Notes: generated by a model not told the origin, from the sequence alone. DNA of 64,000 nucleotides from an uncultured Candidatus Saccharibacteria bacterium (GCA_964600695.1 CAZRKK010000002.1:5354-69353), one strand, 5' to 3'. Numbered from the stretch's first letter, positions 55,250 through 64,000 are shown. A program made the numbers and translations.

Positions 55250-55745
55250 TCGACCAATAAATAACCAGCCCACAAATAATCACCTGTATGTAATTGCTCA
55301 TAACATTCGGTCTTTGCATAATGTGGGATCGATTTTTCGTACAGCAGATAGTTTTGGGGTAGATAAAGTCTATCTAACTGGTTACACTGGAGCACCAGTT
55401 GATAAAAATGCAGACAAAATTTCGAAAGTTGCACTTGGGGCAGAAAAGTTTGTGCCGTGGGAGCAATCTAAATCTTTGTTAAGAGTGGTAAAAAAGCTTA
55501 AATTAGCCGGAGTCAGGATTATAGCTTTAGAGAATAATGTAAAGTTTAAGACCACTGCTTTAAATAAATATAAACCGCAGTTTCCGTCGGCTTTGATCTT
55601 AGGTGAAGAAACCAAAGGTCATACTAAAAAAACCTTAGAATTAGTTGATGATATTGTGGAAATTCCCATGCATGGCCAAAAAGAAAGCTTGAATGTCTCT
55701 GTGGCTTGTGGTGTTGCATTGTATGGTTTGCGGTCAAACGATTAG
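55218..55745 (+). CDS. SpoU/TrmH-family RNA 2'-O-methyltransferase (SPOUT).
   Basis: HNIRSLHNVGSIFRTADSFG, LILGEETKGH, NVSVACGVALY motifs. Confidence 0.8.
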   Translation: MAKKITRTINNRPINNQPTNNHLYVIAHNIRSLHNVGSIFRTADSFGVDKVYLTGYTGAPVDKNADKISKVALGAEKFVPWEQSKSLLRVVKKLKLAGVRIIALENNVKFKTTALNKYKPQFPSALILGEETKGHTKKTLELVDDIVEIPMHGQKESLNVSVACGVALYGLRSND

Positions 55746-55751
55746 TAAAAT

Positions 55752-55794
55752 AAAAAATACCGAACCCAAATAAAAATAGGTTTCGGTATTTTAA
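55752..55794. terminator. Bidirectional intrinsic terminator between convergent genes.
   Basis: ataccgaacc ... ggtttcggtat hairpin flanked by an A-run on one side and a T-run on the other. Confidence 0.5.
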
Positions 55795-55795
55795 T

Positions 55796-56602
55796 TTAGC
55801 TACGAGCTAAATTAATAGTATCTGTGGCAGCTTTTAGATAGTTTTTACATCTGTTTAAGCTTAGCTCACCGGTTTCTGGATCGTGCAGATTTCCTTCCGC
55901 ATCAAAGCTGAATGGCTTGTATGATCGATTCCATTTAAGGAAGGGAAGTAATTCTGGGAAGTTATTTGCCGACAATCCTCCTGCGAACCCAAGTCCAAAC
56001 AGTGTCGGTAAATGCAGTTCGTCGAAGGCGGAGATGTATTCGTTTGCTTCATCTGTGTTCAACAATTTTCCTTGACCAGCCGATTTATCAAATAGTAAGT
56101 AATTGGTTATCCCAGCATATTGCCGTAGTCTTTTGGCCAATGATGTAGGGGTTTTAAATCTGTTGATTACTTTGCTATTCAACTGAATGACGATCTTTAA
56201 GTCTGGATTTGAATCTCTGATCTCAAATAAGTCTTCTGGATCTGGGAGATTCATATTGAGTTGAAAACCATCCAGTCTAACATTGGCCTCGCGACAAATT
56301 TGAATGTAGTTATAGATTAGAACGTACATATCACTCGCGTGGTTGGCATTGTCAGGGACATGAAGATGGATTAAATTCAAACATCTCTCGTCATCAATAA
56401 AGATTTTCGGTAGGTCTATTGTTTTAGGATGCCGGGGTGGTTTTTTATCTTCACCTCGGCCATCTTTGTCAAAATAATGGCCGCCGTGGGCTAGGCCTCC
56501 TACCATTAGTTTATAACCTGGTGGTAATGATAAATCCATGAGCACGGATTCAACTTGTTCTCGTTTCATAAACCCTGTAATCCCGATATAAGGTGTTTCC
56601 AT
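55796..56602 (-). CDS. Hypothetical protein (268 aa).
   Basis: SD GGAGG upstream on the minus strand. No confident family assignment. Confidence 0.45.
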   Translation of the reverse strand: METPYIGITGFMKREQVESVLMDLSLPPGYKLMVGGLAHGGHYFDKDGRGEDKKPPRHPKTIDLPKIFIDDERCLNLIHLHVPDNANHASDMYVLIYNYIQICREANVRLDGFQLNMNLPDPEDLFEIRDSNPDLKIVIQLNSKVINRFKTPTSLAKRLRQYAGITNYLLFDKSAGQGKLLNTDEANEYISAFDELHLPTLFGLGFAGGLSANNFPELLPFLKWNRSYKPFSFDAEGNLHDPETGELSLNRCKNYLKAATDTINLARS

Positions 56603-56684
56603 AATTCCTCCGTATTAACTTGGTAGAATAACAGCTGTGCAGGGAAGAGTCAAAAAAAAGAGGCACGGCCTCTTTTAATTAGAC

Positions 56685-56912
56685 TTAATTGAAGAATGAT
56701 AAAACTTTGTCCAACATTGTTCTAAGCTTTTTCTTGAGATTATTTCTCAGCTTCATTTCCTCCGGAATATGATAGTACTTACTATTTTTAACTGCTCGAT
56801 CAAACGCAACCTTGAAGGGGATCCCTTCTTCTTTTGCTTTGTCGAAGATAGAGCGGGTATCGGCAGCTTTTCTAAGTGGTTCTTGCGAAAAAATATTCCC
56901 TAGATCTGACAT
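56685..56912 (-). CDS. Hypothetical small protein (~75 aa).
   Basis: The internal Met (MSDLGNIF) is preceded by AAGGAGG at 7-nt spacing. The longer ORF start at 56933 would place this SD inside the coding sequence. Confidence 0.4.
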   Translation of the reverse strand: MSDLGNIFSQEPLRKAADTRSIFDKAKEEGIPFKVAFDRAVKNSKYYHIPEEMKLRNNLKKKLRTMLDKVLSFFN

Positions 56913-57077
56913 TATATCTCCTCCTTTTCTCATTAGTATTATACCAAAACCTACTTAACTTAACAAAAGATAACTAGTATTTTGCTGTACTGTGGATAGC
57001 TGGGAAACATCCTTGCGAAACATTTAAATCTCCTTTAAATACAAGGAGTTTTTTAATTTTTTATGTTTGTGGAACCT

Positions 57078-57106
57078 TTGCTAGATGGGGGAATGTGGGT
57101 TATAAT
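57078..57106 (+). promoter_or_regulatory. Candidate mraZ promoter TTGCTA-17-TATAAT.
   Basis: ttgcta at 57078-57083, 17-nt spacer, tataat at 57101-57106. Confidence 0.45.
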
Positions 57107-57112
57107 GAATTC

Positions 57113-57161
57113 AAGTGGTGAGGAGTGGGGACAAGTGGGGACAAGTGGGTGGATAAGTGGA
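57113..57161 (+). promoter_or_regulatory. MraZ-box-like array: direct GTGGG repeats at exact 10-bp phasing immediately downstream of the -10 element.
   Basis: GTGG at 57115, GTGGG at 57125, 57135, 57145, GTGG at 57157. TGGG also at 57086 and 57096 in the same phase. Confidence 0.5.
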
Positions 57162-57289
57162 TAACTCAAAACCATGAATTGCGAATTTCCTAACAAATAT
57201 TAAAATTTGGCTACTAGAATGTGAGTTGGTGTTTACTGCTAAGGAATCACAAACTAACGTTCTACTAGCTCAAGCTGGTAACGTACATT

Positions 57290-57721
57290 ATGTTCATTGG
57301 AGAATACAACGCATCAATCGATGATAAAGCTCGGGTAATTATCCCGGCTAAGTTTCGATCTGATTTAAAAAATAAAGTTGTAGTTACTCGTGGTTTAGAT
57401 AATTCGTTGGTTCTGTATACATTAGACGAATGGAAGAAGCTTGCAGAAAAATTGGCTAGTCTCCCAATTTCTACTGCCAACACACGTGCTTTTTCTCGTC
57501 TAATGCTTGCAGGAGCAATGGACTGCGAAATCGATAAGCAGGGCCGAATCATCTTGCCGGGGTACTTAAAACAGTATGCCAAGATCAACAAAAAAATGGT
57601 CTTCGCTGGTCTTTATTCCCGCATTGAATTGTGGAGTGAAGAACTCTGGACTAAGTACAAGACACAAACAGAAAAACAAAGTAATCAAATTGCAGAACAG
57701 TTAGGTGACTTAGGGGTATAA
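57290..57721 (+). CDS. mraZ: Transcriptional regulator MraZ.
   Basis: Duplicated MraZ fold (DDKARVIIPAKFR / DKQGRIILPGYL). Confidence 0.85.
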   Translation: MFIGEYNASIDDKARVIIPAKFRSDLKNKVVVTRGLDNSLVLYTLDEWKKLAEKLASLPISTANTRAFSRLMLAGAMDCEIDKQGRIILPGYLKQYAKINKKMVFAGLYSRIELWSEELWTKYKTQTEKQSNQIAEQLGDLGV

Positions 57722-57723
57722 AC

Positions 57724-58698
57724 ATGACACCTAAGAAATACACCCATATCCCAGTTCTTTTAAATGAAGTACTCGAGCTATTAGATCCTAAACAAAATAA
57801 AAATTATGTGGATTCAACTTTGGGCGGCGGCGGTTACACAGAGAAGTTACTTGAAGCTAATGCCCCGAATGGCAAAGTACTATCGATTGACCTTGACCAA
57901 GCGGCGCTAGACAATGCTAAAGAAAGATTTTCTAAAGCAGGGGATAGGCTGACATTGGTTCATGGAAACTTTAGAGATTTTGATAAGTTGATCAATCATC
58001 ACGAATTTAGCGGGATTGCAGGAATAGTAGCCGACATAGGATTATCTAGCTATCAGTTAGATGAATCCGAGCGGGGGATATCTTTCCAAAAGAAAGAATT
58101 ACTCGATATGCGGTTTGATAGTTCTAGTGATCAACCAGATGCTAGATTTTTACTTCACCATCGTTCTGTAGAAGAGTTAACCAAAATATTCCGAGATTAT
58201 AGCGAAGAAAAGCATAGCTACAAGATTGCTCAGAATATAGCAAAAGCCTTGGATAAAGCTCGAAGCGAGCATGGAAATACTAACGAAGTTCTAAAGTATA
58301 CAACTGACTTAGTAGAAATTATTCAAGATTCGCTCCCAAAGCCAGAAAAACATCGATGGACAGATACCGCTCGCAGAATTTTTCAGGCCTTAAGGATAGA
58401 AGTTAATCATGAGCTGGTTAACCTCGAGACATTTCTCCCCAAAGCTTTCGCTTTATTAGAACCAGAGGGTAGGCTGGCAGTAGTAACCTTTCATTCCTTA
58501 GAAGATAGAATAGTAAAAAAGTATTTTAAAGAATTAGCCACTGGATGTATTTGTCCGCCAGAATTTCCAATTTGCAAATGTGGATTAACTCCTCAAGGAA
58601 AAATATTAACCAAAAAAGCAGTTACAGCAACCGAGGAAGAACTAGAGCATAATCCACGGGCTAAATCTGCCAAGCTCCGAGTAGTCCAAAAATTGTAA
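57724..58698 (+). CDS. rsmH: 16S rRNA (cytosine1402-N4)-methyltransferase RsmH (MraW).
   Basis: HIPVLLNEVLELL, DSTLGGGGYT motifs. Confidence 0.9.
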   Translation: MTPKKYTHIPVLLNEVLELLDPKQNKNYVDSTLGGGGYTEKLLEANAPNGKVLSIDLDQAALDNAKERFSKAGDRLTLVHGNFRDFDKLINHHEFSGIAGIVADIGLSSYQLDESERGISFQKKELLDMRFDSSSDQPDARFLLHHRSVEELTKIFRDYSEEKHSYKIAQNIAKALDKARSEHGNTNEVLKYTTDLVEIIQDSLPKPEKHRWTDTARRIFQALRIEVNHELVNLETFLPKAFALLEPEGRLAVVTFHSLEDRIVKKYFKELATGCICPPEFPICKCGLTPQGKILTKKAVTATEEELEHNPRAKSAKLRVVQKL

Positions 58699-58739
58699 AC
58701 AAAAATCTAAAACCTAAATAAAAATTTAAATCAAAACAA

Positions 58740-59159
58740 ATGTTCAAATCCGCAGCCTTATCTTTTATAGCCCCCCGCGTTAGTTCAAAAATAAAAACTC
58801 AAACCACACCTACTGTTAAAGCCGCAACCATTACTTGGGCAGGTACACGTACTAAGTCCAAATCTGTGGATGTTTTGTCTGGTAATGTAGTTCCTTTAAC
58901 CGCGGTCTTGTTAGTTGTTGCTATTGGTGGAATGATGGCTCTGCATTTATTTTGGATCAACACTTATTCATCTAAAGGTGCTCAATTGAAAAAAGTTCAG
59001 ACTTCCATAGCCGAACAGACAGAAATTCAAAAGAAATTACTAGTTAAGCAATCCTTATTAAACTCTACTGTAAGTTTGAGTGATTTAGAAAATACCGGTT
59101 TGGTTCCTGTAACCGAAGCGGAAAATTTAGTTAGTAATACTTTTGCACAGGCCAAATAA
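58740..59159 (+). CDS. ftsL: FtsL-like bitopic cell-division protein (single TM plus coiled coil).
   Basis: Position between rsmH and ftsI. TM LTAVLLVVAIGGMMALHLFWI followed by a helical periplasmic segment. Confidence 0.5.
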   Translation: MFKSAALSFIAPRVSSKIKTQTTPTVKAATITWAGTRTKSKSVDVLSGNVVPLTAVLLVVAIGGMMALHLFWINTYSSKGAQLKKVQTSIAEQTEIQKKLLVKQSLLNSTVSLSDLENTGLVPVTEAENLVSNTFAQAK

Positions 59160-59186
59160 TAGGCCATATCACTAAAATAATTTATC

Positions 59187-60917
59187 ATGGTTGCAGCGCA
59201 AGCTTCATTTGAAAAAGTTTTTAAAAAGAGAATAGTCTTCCTGGCTGTTTTTTTCATTTTCTGCTTGTTACTGATAATTGCGCGATTAGCTTACATGCAA
59301 CTTTTCCGCCAATCATACTACAAGGCGATGGCGAATAATCAGCATTTAGGTGAACAGACCATTTTACCAACTAGGGGTGAGATTTTAATACAAGACAGTT
59401 TCACTGGCCAACCATACACAGTCGCGACATCAGACGAAAAAATTCTAGTGTATGGCAATCCGAGTGAGATTACAGACATGGGAGCGGTTCTCGATAAGCT
59501 TTCGCAGATTTTAAAAATTGATCGAGCTGTATTAGAAGAAAAATTAAAAGATTCTGAAAAACACTACATTGTTCTAAAGAAAGATTTGAGCGAAGAGGAA
59601 GAACAGCAGATTAAAGATGCCAAGCTTGCAGGTGTAAATTTTGATAAAGAAACTTCACGCTTATATCCAGAAAGTACGATGTTGGCCCAATTGTTAGGAT
59701 TCGTAGGTTATAAGGGTGATCAGAAACAAGGTGTTTATGGCTTAGAGTCCGCCTACGATAAAGAATTGGCTGGATCGGCTGGGACTTTGTTGCAAGAAAA
59801 AGATAATAGCGGCAGTTGGATTTTTGGAGGGAAGAGAGATCGGATCCCTGCTAAAGATGGGGATTCACTCCTTTTGACAATTGATAAATCTATTCAGTTA
59901 AAGGTGGAGGCTGTTCTTAAAGAGACTGTCGAAAAACATGGAGCAGATAGTGGAAGTGTGGTAGTTATGGATCCTAAGACAGGCGCGATTCTGGGAATGG
60001 CTACATATCCAACCTTTGATCTAAACACTTTTTCTAAGGTCAGTGACCCAGAGATTTATAACAATCAAGTTGCTTTGGGAGCTTATGAGCCAGGTTCAAT
60101 TTTTAAACCATTAACAATGGCTGCTGGAGTTAATGAAGGGTTGGTTTCGGCTAGTACCACTTTCGTTGATACTGGTGAGGTTAATGTTGATGGCTACACA
60201 ATTAAAAACTCTGACGAAAAAGCCCATGGTACTCAGACAATGAGTCAGGTTTTGGAGGAGTCATTGAACACAGGTACTGTGTTTGTTCAAGATAAAGTTG
60301 GAAACAAAAAGTTTTTAGAATATATTAACAATTTTGGATTTGGAAAGAAGACTGGCTTTGAAACTCCAGAAAGCGCTGGAGACTTAGGAAATTTAAAAGG
60401 TAATATCCAAGTCAACTATGATACCGCTAGTTTTGGACAGGGGATTAGTGTAACTCCACTGCAGTTAGTTCAAGCTTTTTCTAGTTTAGCTAATGGCGGT
60501 GTTATGACTAAGCCTTATGTTGTTAAGCAAATTATCAGAGAGAATGGAAAAGTGGAAGACGTTGCAAAGACCGAAAAGAAACAAGTTATTTCTGCTAAAG
60601 CGGCTAGTGAAGTTGCGGCAATGATGGTCAATGTGGTAGAAAAAGGCCATGGTAAAAAAGCCGCCGTATCTGGGTATTATGTAGCAGGAAAAACTGGAAC
60701 AGCTCAAGTGCCATTGAAGAATGGAAAAGGTTATGACCCAAATAATAATATTGGTTCCTTTATTGGATTTGCTCCTGTAGAAGATCCTAAATTTGTAATG
60801 TTAGTTAGGGTCAATCATCCGCGCAGTGTTAAATTCGCAGAGAGTACAGCCGCACCAGCGTGGGGTTCTATCGGTGCATTTTTACTCCAGTATTTTAAAG
60901 TGCCACCAACTCGTTAA
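59187..60917 (+). CDS. ftsI: Class B penicillin-binding protein (FtsI/PBP2 transpeptidase).
   Basis: SIFKP (SxxK), SLN-like SxN, KTGTA motifs. N-terminal TM anchor. Confidence 0.85.
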   Translation: MVAAQASFEKVFKKRIVFLAVFFIFCLLLIIARLAYMQLFRQSYYKAMANNQHLGEQTILPTRGEILIQDSFTGQPYTVATSDEKILVYGNPSEITDMGAVLDKLSQILKIDRAVLEEKLKDSEKHYIVLKKDLSEEEEQQIKDAKLAGVNFDKETSRLYPESTMLAQLLGFVGYKGDQKQGVYGLESAYDKELAGSAGTLLQEKDNSGSWIFGGKRDRIPAKDGDSLLLTIDKSIQLKVEAVLKETVEKHGADSGSVVVMDPKTGAILGMATYPTFDLNTFSKVSDPEIYNNQVALGAYEPGSIFKPLTMAAGVNEGLVSASTTFVDTGEVNVDGYTIKNSDEKAHGTQTMSQVLEESLNTGTVFVQDKVGNKKFLEYINNFGFGKKTGFETPESAGDLGNLKGNIQVNYDTASFGQGISVTPLQLVQAFSSLANGGVMTKPYVVKQIIRENGKVEDVAKTEKKQVISAKAASEVAAMMVNVVEKGHGKKAAVSGYYVAGKTGTAQVPLKNGKGYDPNNNIGSFIGFAPVEDPKFVMLVRVNHPRSVKFAESTAAPAWGSIGAFLLQYFKVPPTR

Positions 60918-61001
60918 AGTTAAGCATTCTTCCTATTTGACAATATTGCTAGATTCGATACAGTATAGGCGTCAGACTATTCTAAAATAAGGAGGTTGAT
61001 T

Positions 61002-61319
61002 ATGAATAGTACCGAAATTGCTAGGGTCAAAAGGCGTTTTGATAAGAAGAGAGTAAGACATCACAAACCTTTGTTGATGGTAACCAGGGAAGATTTGAGG
61101 TCTGTGAGGATCATTGGTAACGAAGTTATTCATCTAACTGATTTACCCGAAGGTGTTTACGAGGTTAGGGTTATAGCCAATCCAGATCGTTCTAAGCGTC
61201 GCAGAGGAACGAGTTGGGTGGTTACTCTCAGAAATAAACGGCTAATCGGAGCCGCAAAAAGCTACTTTAAGAGTTTAGTTCGAGATGGGGTAATCGAATT
61301 TTATGTCGAGAAGCGGTGA
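61002..61319 (+). CDS. Hypothetical basic protein (~105 aa).
   Basis: SD AAGGAGG 6 nt upstream of ATG 61002 (the ORF track starts at TTG 60996). Arg/Lys-rich. Confidence 0.45.
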   Translation: MNSTEIARVKRRFDKKRVRHHKPLLMVTREDLRSVRIIGNEVIHLTDLPEGVYEVRVIANPDRSKRRRGTSWVVTLRNKRLIGAAKSYFKSLVRDGVIEFYVEKR

Positions 61320-61394
61320 GCATGAAGGAATTATAAACTTCATGCTTTTTCTATTTCCACAAGTTGAGTTTTTAAGCTAAAATGGAGTAAAGAG

Positions 61395-63521
61395 ATGAAC
61401 TTCAAAAATATTTTTTACTGGGTCAGAAAATCAACTTTGCTGTTAGTTGTAACAGTGATTTTTGGATTTGGTTCGGTGTTCTTAGTTATCGGCTTAGCCT
61501 CTGGTGCCTACCTGATTGCTGTGAATTCATCTTTGCCAAACTATCAAGAAATCGAAAATCGTAACGTACCAGAATCAAGTAAATTATATTCACGTGACGG
61601 AACTTTATTGTATGAGTTTTACGGTGAGTACAAACGTTCTAAAGTTTCTTTGGATAAAATTTCCCCAACACTAAAAAATGCTACCATCGCTATAGAAGAT
61701 AAAGATTTTTACAATCATGGAGCTATTTCTTTACCATCGATTGCCAGAGCCATGCTTGCGAACTCTAAGTCCGGTGCTGTTTCTCAAGGGGGAAGCACTA
61801 TCACTCAACAGTTTGCTAAGAATGCTTTATTAGATAGGCAAAAACTATACAGTCGCAAAGTCCGCGAAGTTTTACTTGCCTATAAAATTGAATCACATTT
61901 TAGTAAAGATGCTATTTTAGAATTATATTTAAATGAAATTCCTTACGGGCGTAATAGCTATGGCGCCGAAGCTGCAAGTAAAACTTATTTTGGAAAATCT
62001 GCCACCGAGTTAAGCTTAGCCGAAAGTGCTTACTTAGCTGCATTACCTCAAGCTCCAAGTTTCTATAGTCCAACCGGTGCGAACACAGAAGCATTGGATA
62101 ATCGTAAGGATTTGGTTTTACAAAAAATGTTTGAGCAGGGCTATATCTCCGAACAAGATATGTATCAAGCTAAAACAGCTCAAGTGGCTTTCTTGCCAGC
62201 AACTAATAAAATGATTGCCCCATATTATGTGTCTTGGGTTCGTAACTATTTAGTAGATAAGTATGGAACAGAATTCTTAAAAGAAGGTGGTCTAAAAGTA
62301 TATAGTTCCTTAGATTTAAATTTACAAAAATTAGCCGAACAAGTTGTTAAAGAAGGAGCAGAAATCAACAAAACTAAATATCGAGCTTACAATGCTGCTA
62401 TCGTTGCCGTTGATCCTGTCACTAACAAGGTCGTGGCTATGGCCGGTGGAAAAGATTATTTTGGTGAAGCCGAACCTAGTGGTTGTAAAGTAGGGAAGAA
62501 TTGTAAATTTGAACCTAATGTTAACGTTGCATCGAGTATGCGTCAGCCGGGGAGTAGTTTTAAGCCTTACGCTTATTTAACTGCTTTCAAACCAGAATTT
62601 GGTTACACACCACTATCAAAAGTTTTGGATGTACCAACATCTTTTGGAACAGCTGGTGGACGACCATATATTCCACGAAACTATGATGGTTCTTCTCATG
62701 GTTTGATTACAATTCGAAAAGCATTGGCTGGGAGTTTGAATGTTCCTGCTGTTCGTACGTTGGCTGCTGTGGGAGTAGAAAATGTTGTGGCTACCGCAAA
62801 AAGTCTAGGCATCACATCACCCTTAAAGAATTGTGGATTGTCTTTGGTTTTGGGTGGATGCGAGGTTCAACTAGTTGATCATGTCACAGCATTCTCTGTG
62901 TTAGCTAATGGTGGAAAAGGGGATCTTAGTAGTCCATTTATCAGAATCGAAGACAAACACGGCAAAACTTTAGAGTCATCAAGTGGTAATCCAGAGCAGA
63001 TTGTAAATCCAGAAGCAGTATATGAATTAATAAGTATTATGACGGATGATCTATCACGTCAATATGTTTTTGGAAAGAAAAACCCTTTAACTTTACCAGA
63101 TCGAGTTGTTGCGGCTAAGACTGGAACTACTCAAAATTGGAAAGATGGATGGACATTAGGTTTTACTCCTCAATTAGCAGTTGGTGTTTGGACTGGTAAC
63201 AACGATAGTTCCTTAATGCGCGCTGGGGCTGATGGGGTATTTACTGCAGCACCTATTTGGCATAAATTTATGGAAGCTGCTATGGCTGGTCAGCCTGTGA
63301 AGGATTTTGAAGTTCCTGCTGGAGTTATTCAAGTAGCGTATGATATTTATTCTAATAAACCAGTTTCGAAGGATTCAAAAAATGTACGCATGGAGCCAGT
63401 GCCTTGGTACGCTTTACCAAAGGATATTCAAATTTCTGCTGCTCCAAAGAATTTACAGAAATCTTTAATAGGCCCAATTGGTCAAGTTGCAGGTGCAGTT
63501 ACTACCGAGCCTTCTCAGTAA
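61395..63521 (+). CDS. Class A penicillin-binding protein (bifunctional glycosyltransferase GT51 plus transpeptidase, PBP1A-type).
   Basis: GT51 motifs EDKDFYNHGAIS and GGSTITQQ. TP motifs SSFKP, SxN, KTGT. N-terminal TM. Confidence 0.85.
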   Translation: MNFKNIFYWVRKSTLLLVVTVIFGFGSVFLVIGLASGAYLIAVNSSLPNYQEIENRNVPESSKLYSRDGTLLYEFYGEYKRSKVSLDKISPTLKNATIAIEDKDFYNHGAISLPSIARAMLANSKSGAVSQGGSTITQQFAKNALLDRQKLYSRKVREVLLAYKIESHFSKDAILELYLNEIPYGRNSYGAEAASKTYFGKSATELSLAESAYLAALPQAPSFYSPTGANTEALDNRKDLVLQKMFEQGYISEQDMYQAKTAQVAFLPATNKMIAPYYVSWVRNYLVDKYGTEFLKEGGLKVYSSLDLNLQKLAEQVVKEGAEINKTKYRAYNAAIVAVDPVTNKVVAMAGGKDYFGEAEPSGCKVGKNCKFEPNVNVASSMRQPGSSFKPYAYLTAFKPEFGYTPLSKVLDVPTSFGTAGGRPYIPRNYDGSSHGLITIRKALAGSLNVPAVRTLAAVGVENVVATAKSLGITSPLKNCGLSLVLGGCEVQLVDHVTAFSVLANGGKGDLSSPFIRIEDKHGKTLESSSGNPEQIVNPEAVYELISIMTDDLSRQYVFGKKNPLTLPDRVVAAKTGTTQNWKDGWTLGFTPQLAVGVWTGNNDSSLMRAGADGVFTAAPIWHKFMEAAMAGQPVKDFEVPAGVIQVAYDIYSNKPVSKDSKNVRMEPVPWYALPKDIQISAAPKNLQKSLIGPIGQVAGAVTTEPSQ

Positions 63522-63529
63522 ATTTTTTA

Positions 63530-63560
63530 AAAACCACCGTATTGAGCGGTGGTTTTTTGT
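63530..63560. terminator. Bidirectional intrinsic terminator.
   Basis: accaccg tattgag cggtggt hairpin with an A-run upstream and a T-run downstream. Confidence 0.55.
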
Positions 63561-64000
63561 TTAAACTGATTTACGATATAGATAAACTGCCAAAGGCACA
63601 AAGACTACCAGAATTGCATCAATCCAAATAATTGAGTACCAGATATCCGGTGTAGATGGTAAGCCTAATGTTAGGTTGCGCACAGCATTTACGGTTACTG
63701 TGATAGGGCTGATTTTAGCAAAAGTTTGTAGCCAGTTTGGCATCGAGCTAATTGGCACAAAAATAGAACTTGCAAAAACTAAAGGAAACACCCAAATGAA
63801 TCCTGCTACTTGGGCAGTTTCAACATTTTTTACTAATAAGCCAATTGTGGCCGAGATCCAAGAAAAAGCGAATCCAAAAGCTAAAGTTAAACCAATTGCT
63901 GCTAAGGCTGCGCCAATTCCTTGGTTAAATCGATAGCCAATTAATAGTCCCACACCAACCATTAAGAACATGGTAAATAGATTGCGAGCCGTGTCAGATA
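63561..64000 (-). CDS. ABC-2-type transporter permease, C-terminal portion. The ORF continues beyond the window edge.
   Basis: ABC-2 signature PISSMPNWLQTFAKISPITVTVNAVR. Hydrophobic helices. No stop codon between 63971 and 64000 in frame. Confidence 0.5.
   Translation of the reverse strand, partial: SDTARNLFTMFLMVGVGLLIGYRFNQGIGAALAAIGLTLAFGFAFSWISATIGLLVKNVETAQVAGFIWVFPLVFASSIFVPISSMPNWLQTFAKISPITVTVNAVRNLTLGLPSTPDIWYSIIWIDAILVVFVPLAVYLYRKSV

Noticed and set aside
57113-57161. Short tandem repeats considered as a possible CRISPR array or minisatellite.
   Set aside because: The unit is 5 nt with 5-nt spacers (10-bp period) and there are only about five copies. There are no 25-40-bp repeats with unique spacers and no cas genes. 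It is better explained as MraZ operator boxes upstream of mraZ.
1-64000. Scanned all intergenic spacers for tRNA/rRNA genes (GGTTCGAATCC-like T-arm motifs, cloverleaf potential).
   Set aside because: No spacer shows acceptor or T-arm complementarity. The only TTCGAATC match (13516) is inside a CDS.

Overview
The window is a gene-dense, AT-rich (~38-40% GC by eye), almost entirely plus-strand chromosomal segment. It looks like a Candidate Phyla Radiation / Patescibacteria-type bacterium, possibly Saccharibacteria-like. Four points support that: rpmD (L30) is absent between rpsE and rplO; several r-proteins carry lysine-rich extensions; most genes lack a Shine-Dalgarno motif; and the coding potential is small and streamlined. 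Content in order: three small unknown genes with their own terminators (1-2 kb). The S10/spc ribosomal-protein cluster rpsJ through rplO plus secY (2.2-13.4 kb), which ends at a terminator instead of continuing into adk/map/infA. An accessory-looking locus (13.5-23.6 kb) holding a TM-anchored P-loop ATPase of the TraD/TrwB/VirD4 (T4SS coupling protein / AAA_10) type, two self-contained GC/CpG-rich membrane-protein cassettes with consensus sigma70 promoters and intrinsic terminators, a 1198-aa (ATG start 18213) protein immediately followed by a small acidic helical protein, and a GtrA-like protein. dnaX, an HtrA protease and ruvX. A long translationally coupled sugar-phosphate super-operon: GalT-like, tpiA, rpiB, rpe, split transketolase interrupted by a DUF2339-like membrane protein, a PfkB kinase, fba, gap, pgk, eno, gpmI. 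recJ-rnhA, a PEGA-domain protein (minus strand), murA-mreB, a Y-family polymerase, and a histidine kinase plus stand-alone REC pair. A truncated dcw cluster, mraZ-rsmH-ftsL-ftsI, preceded by phased GTGGG MraZ boxes. A class A PBP and the start of an ABC-2 permease. No rRNA, tRNA or CRISPR array was found. The most unusual region is 16.5-18.15 kb, where codon usage and GC content shift abruptly inside two promoter-gene-terminator cassettes.
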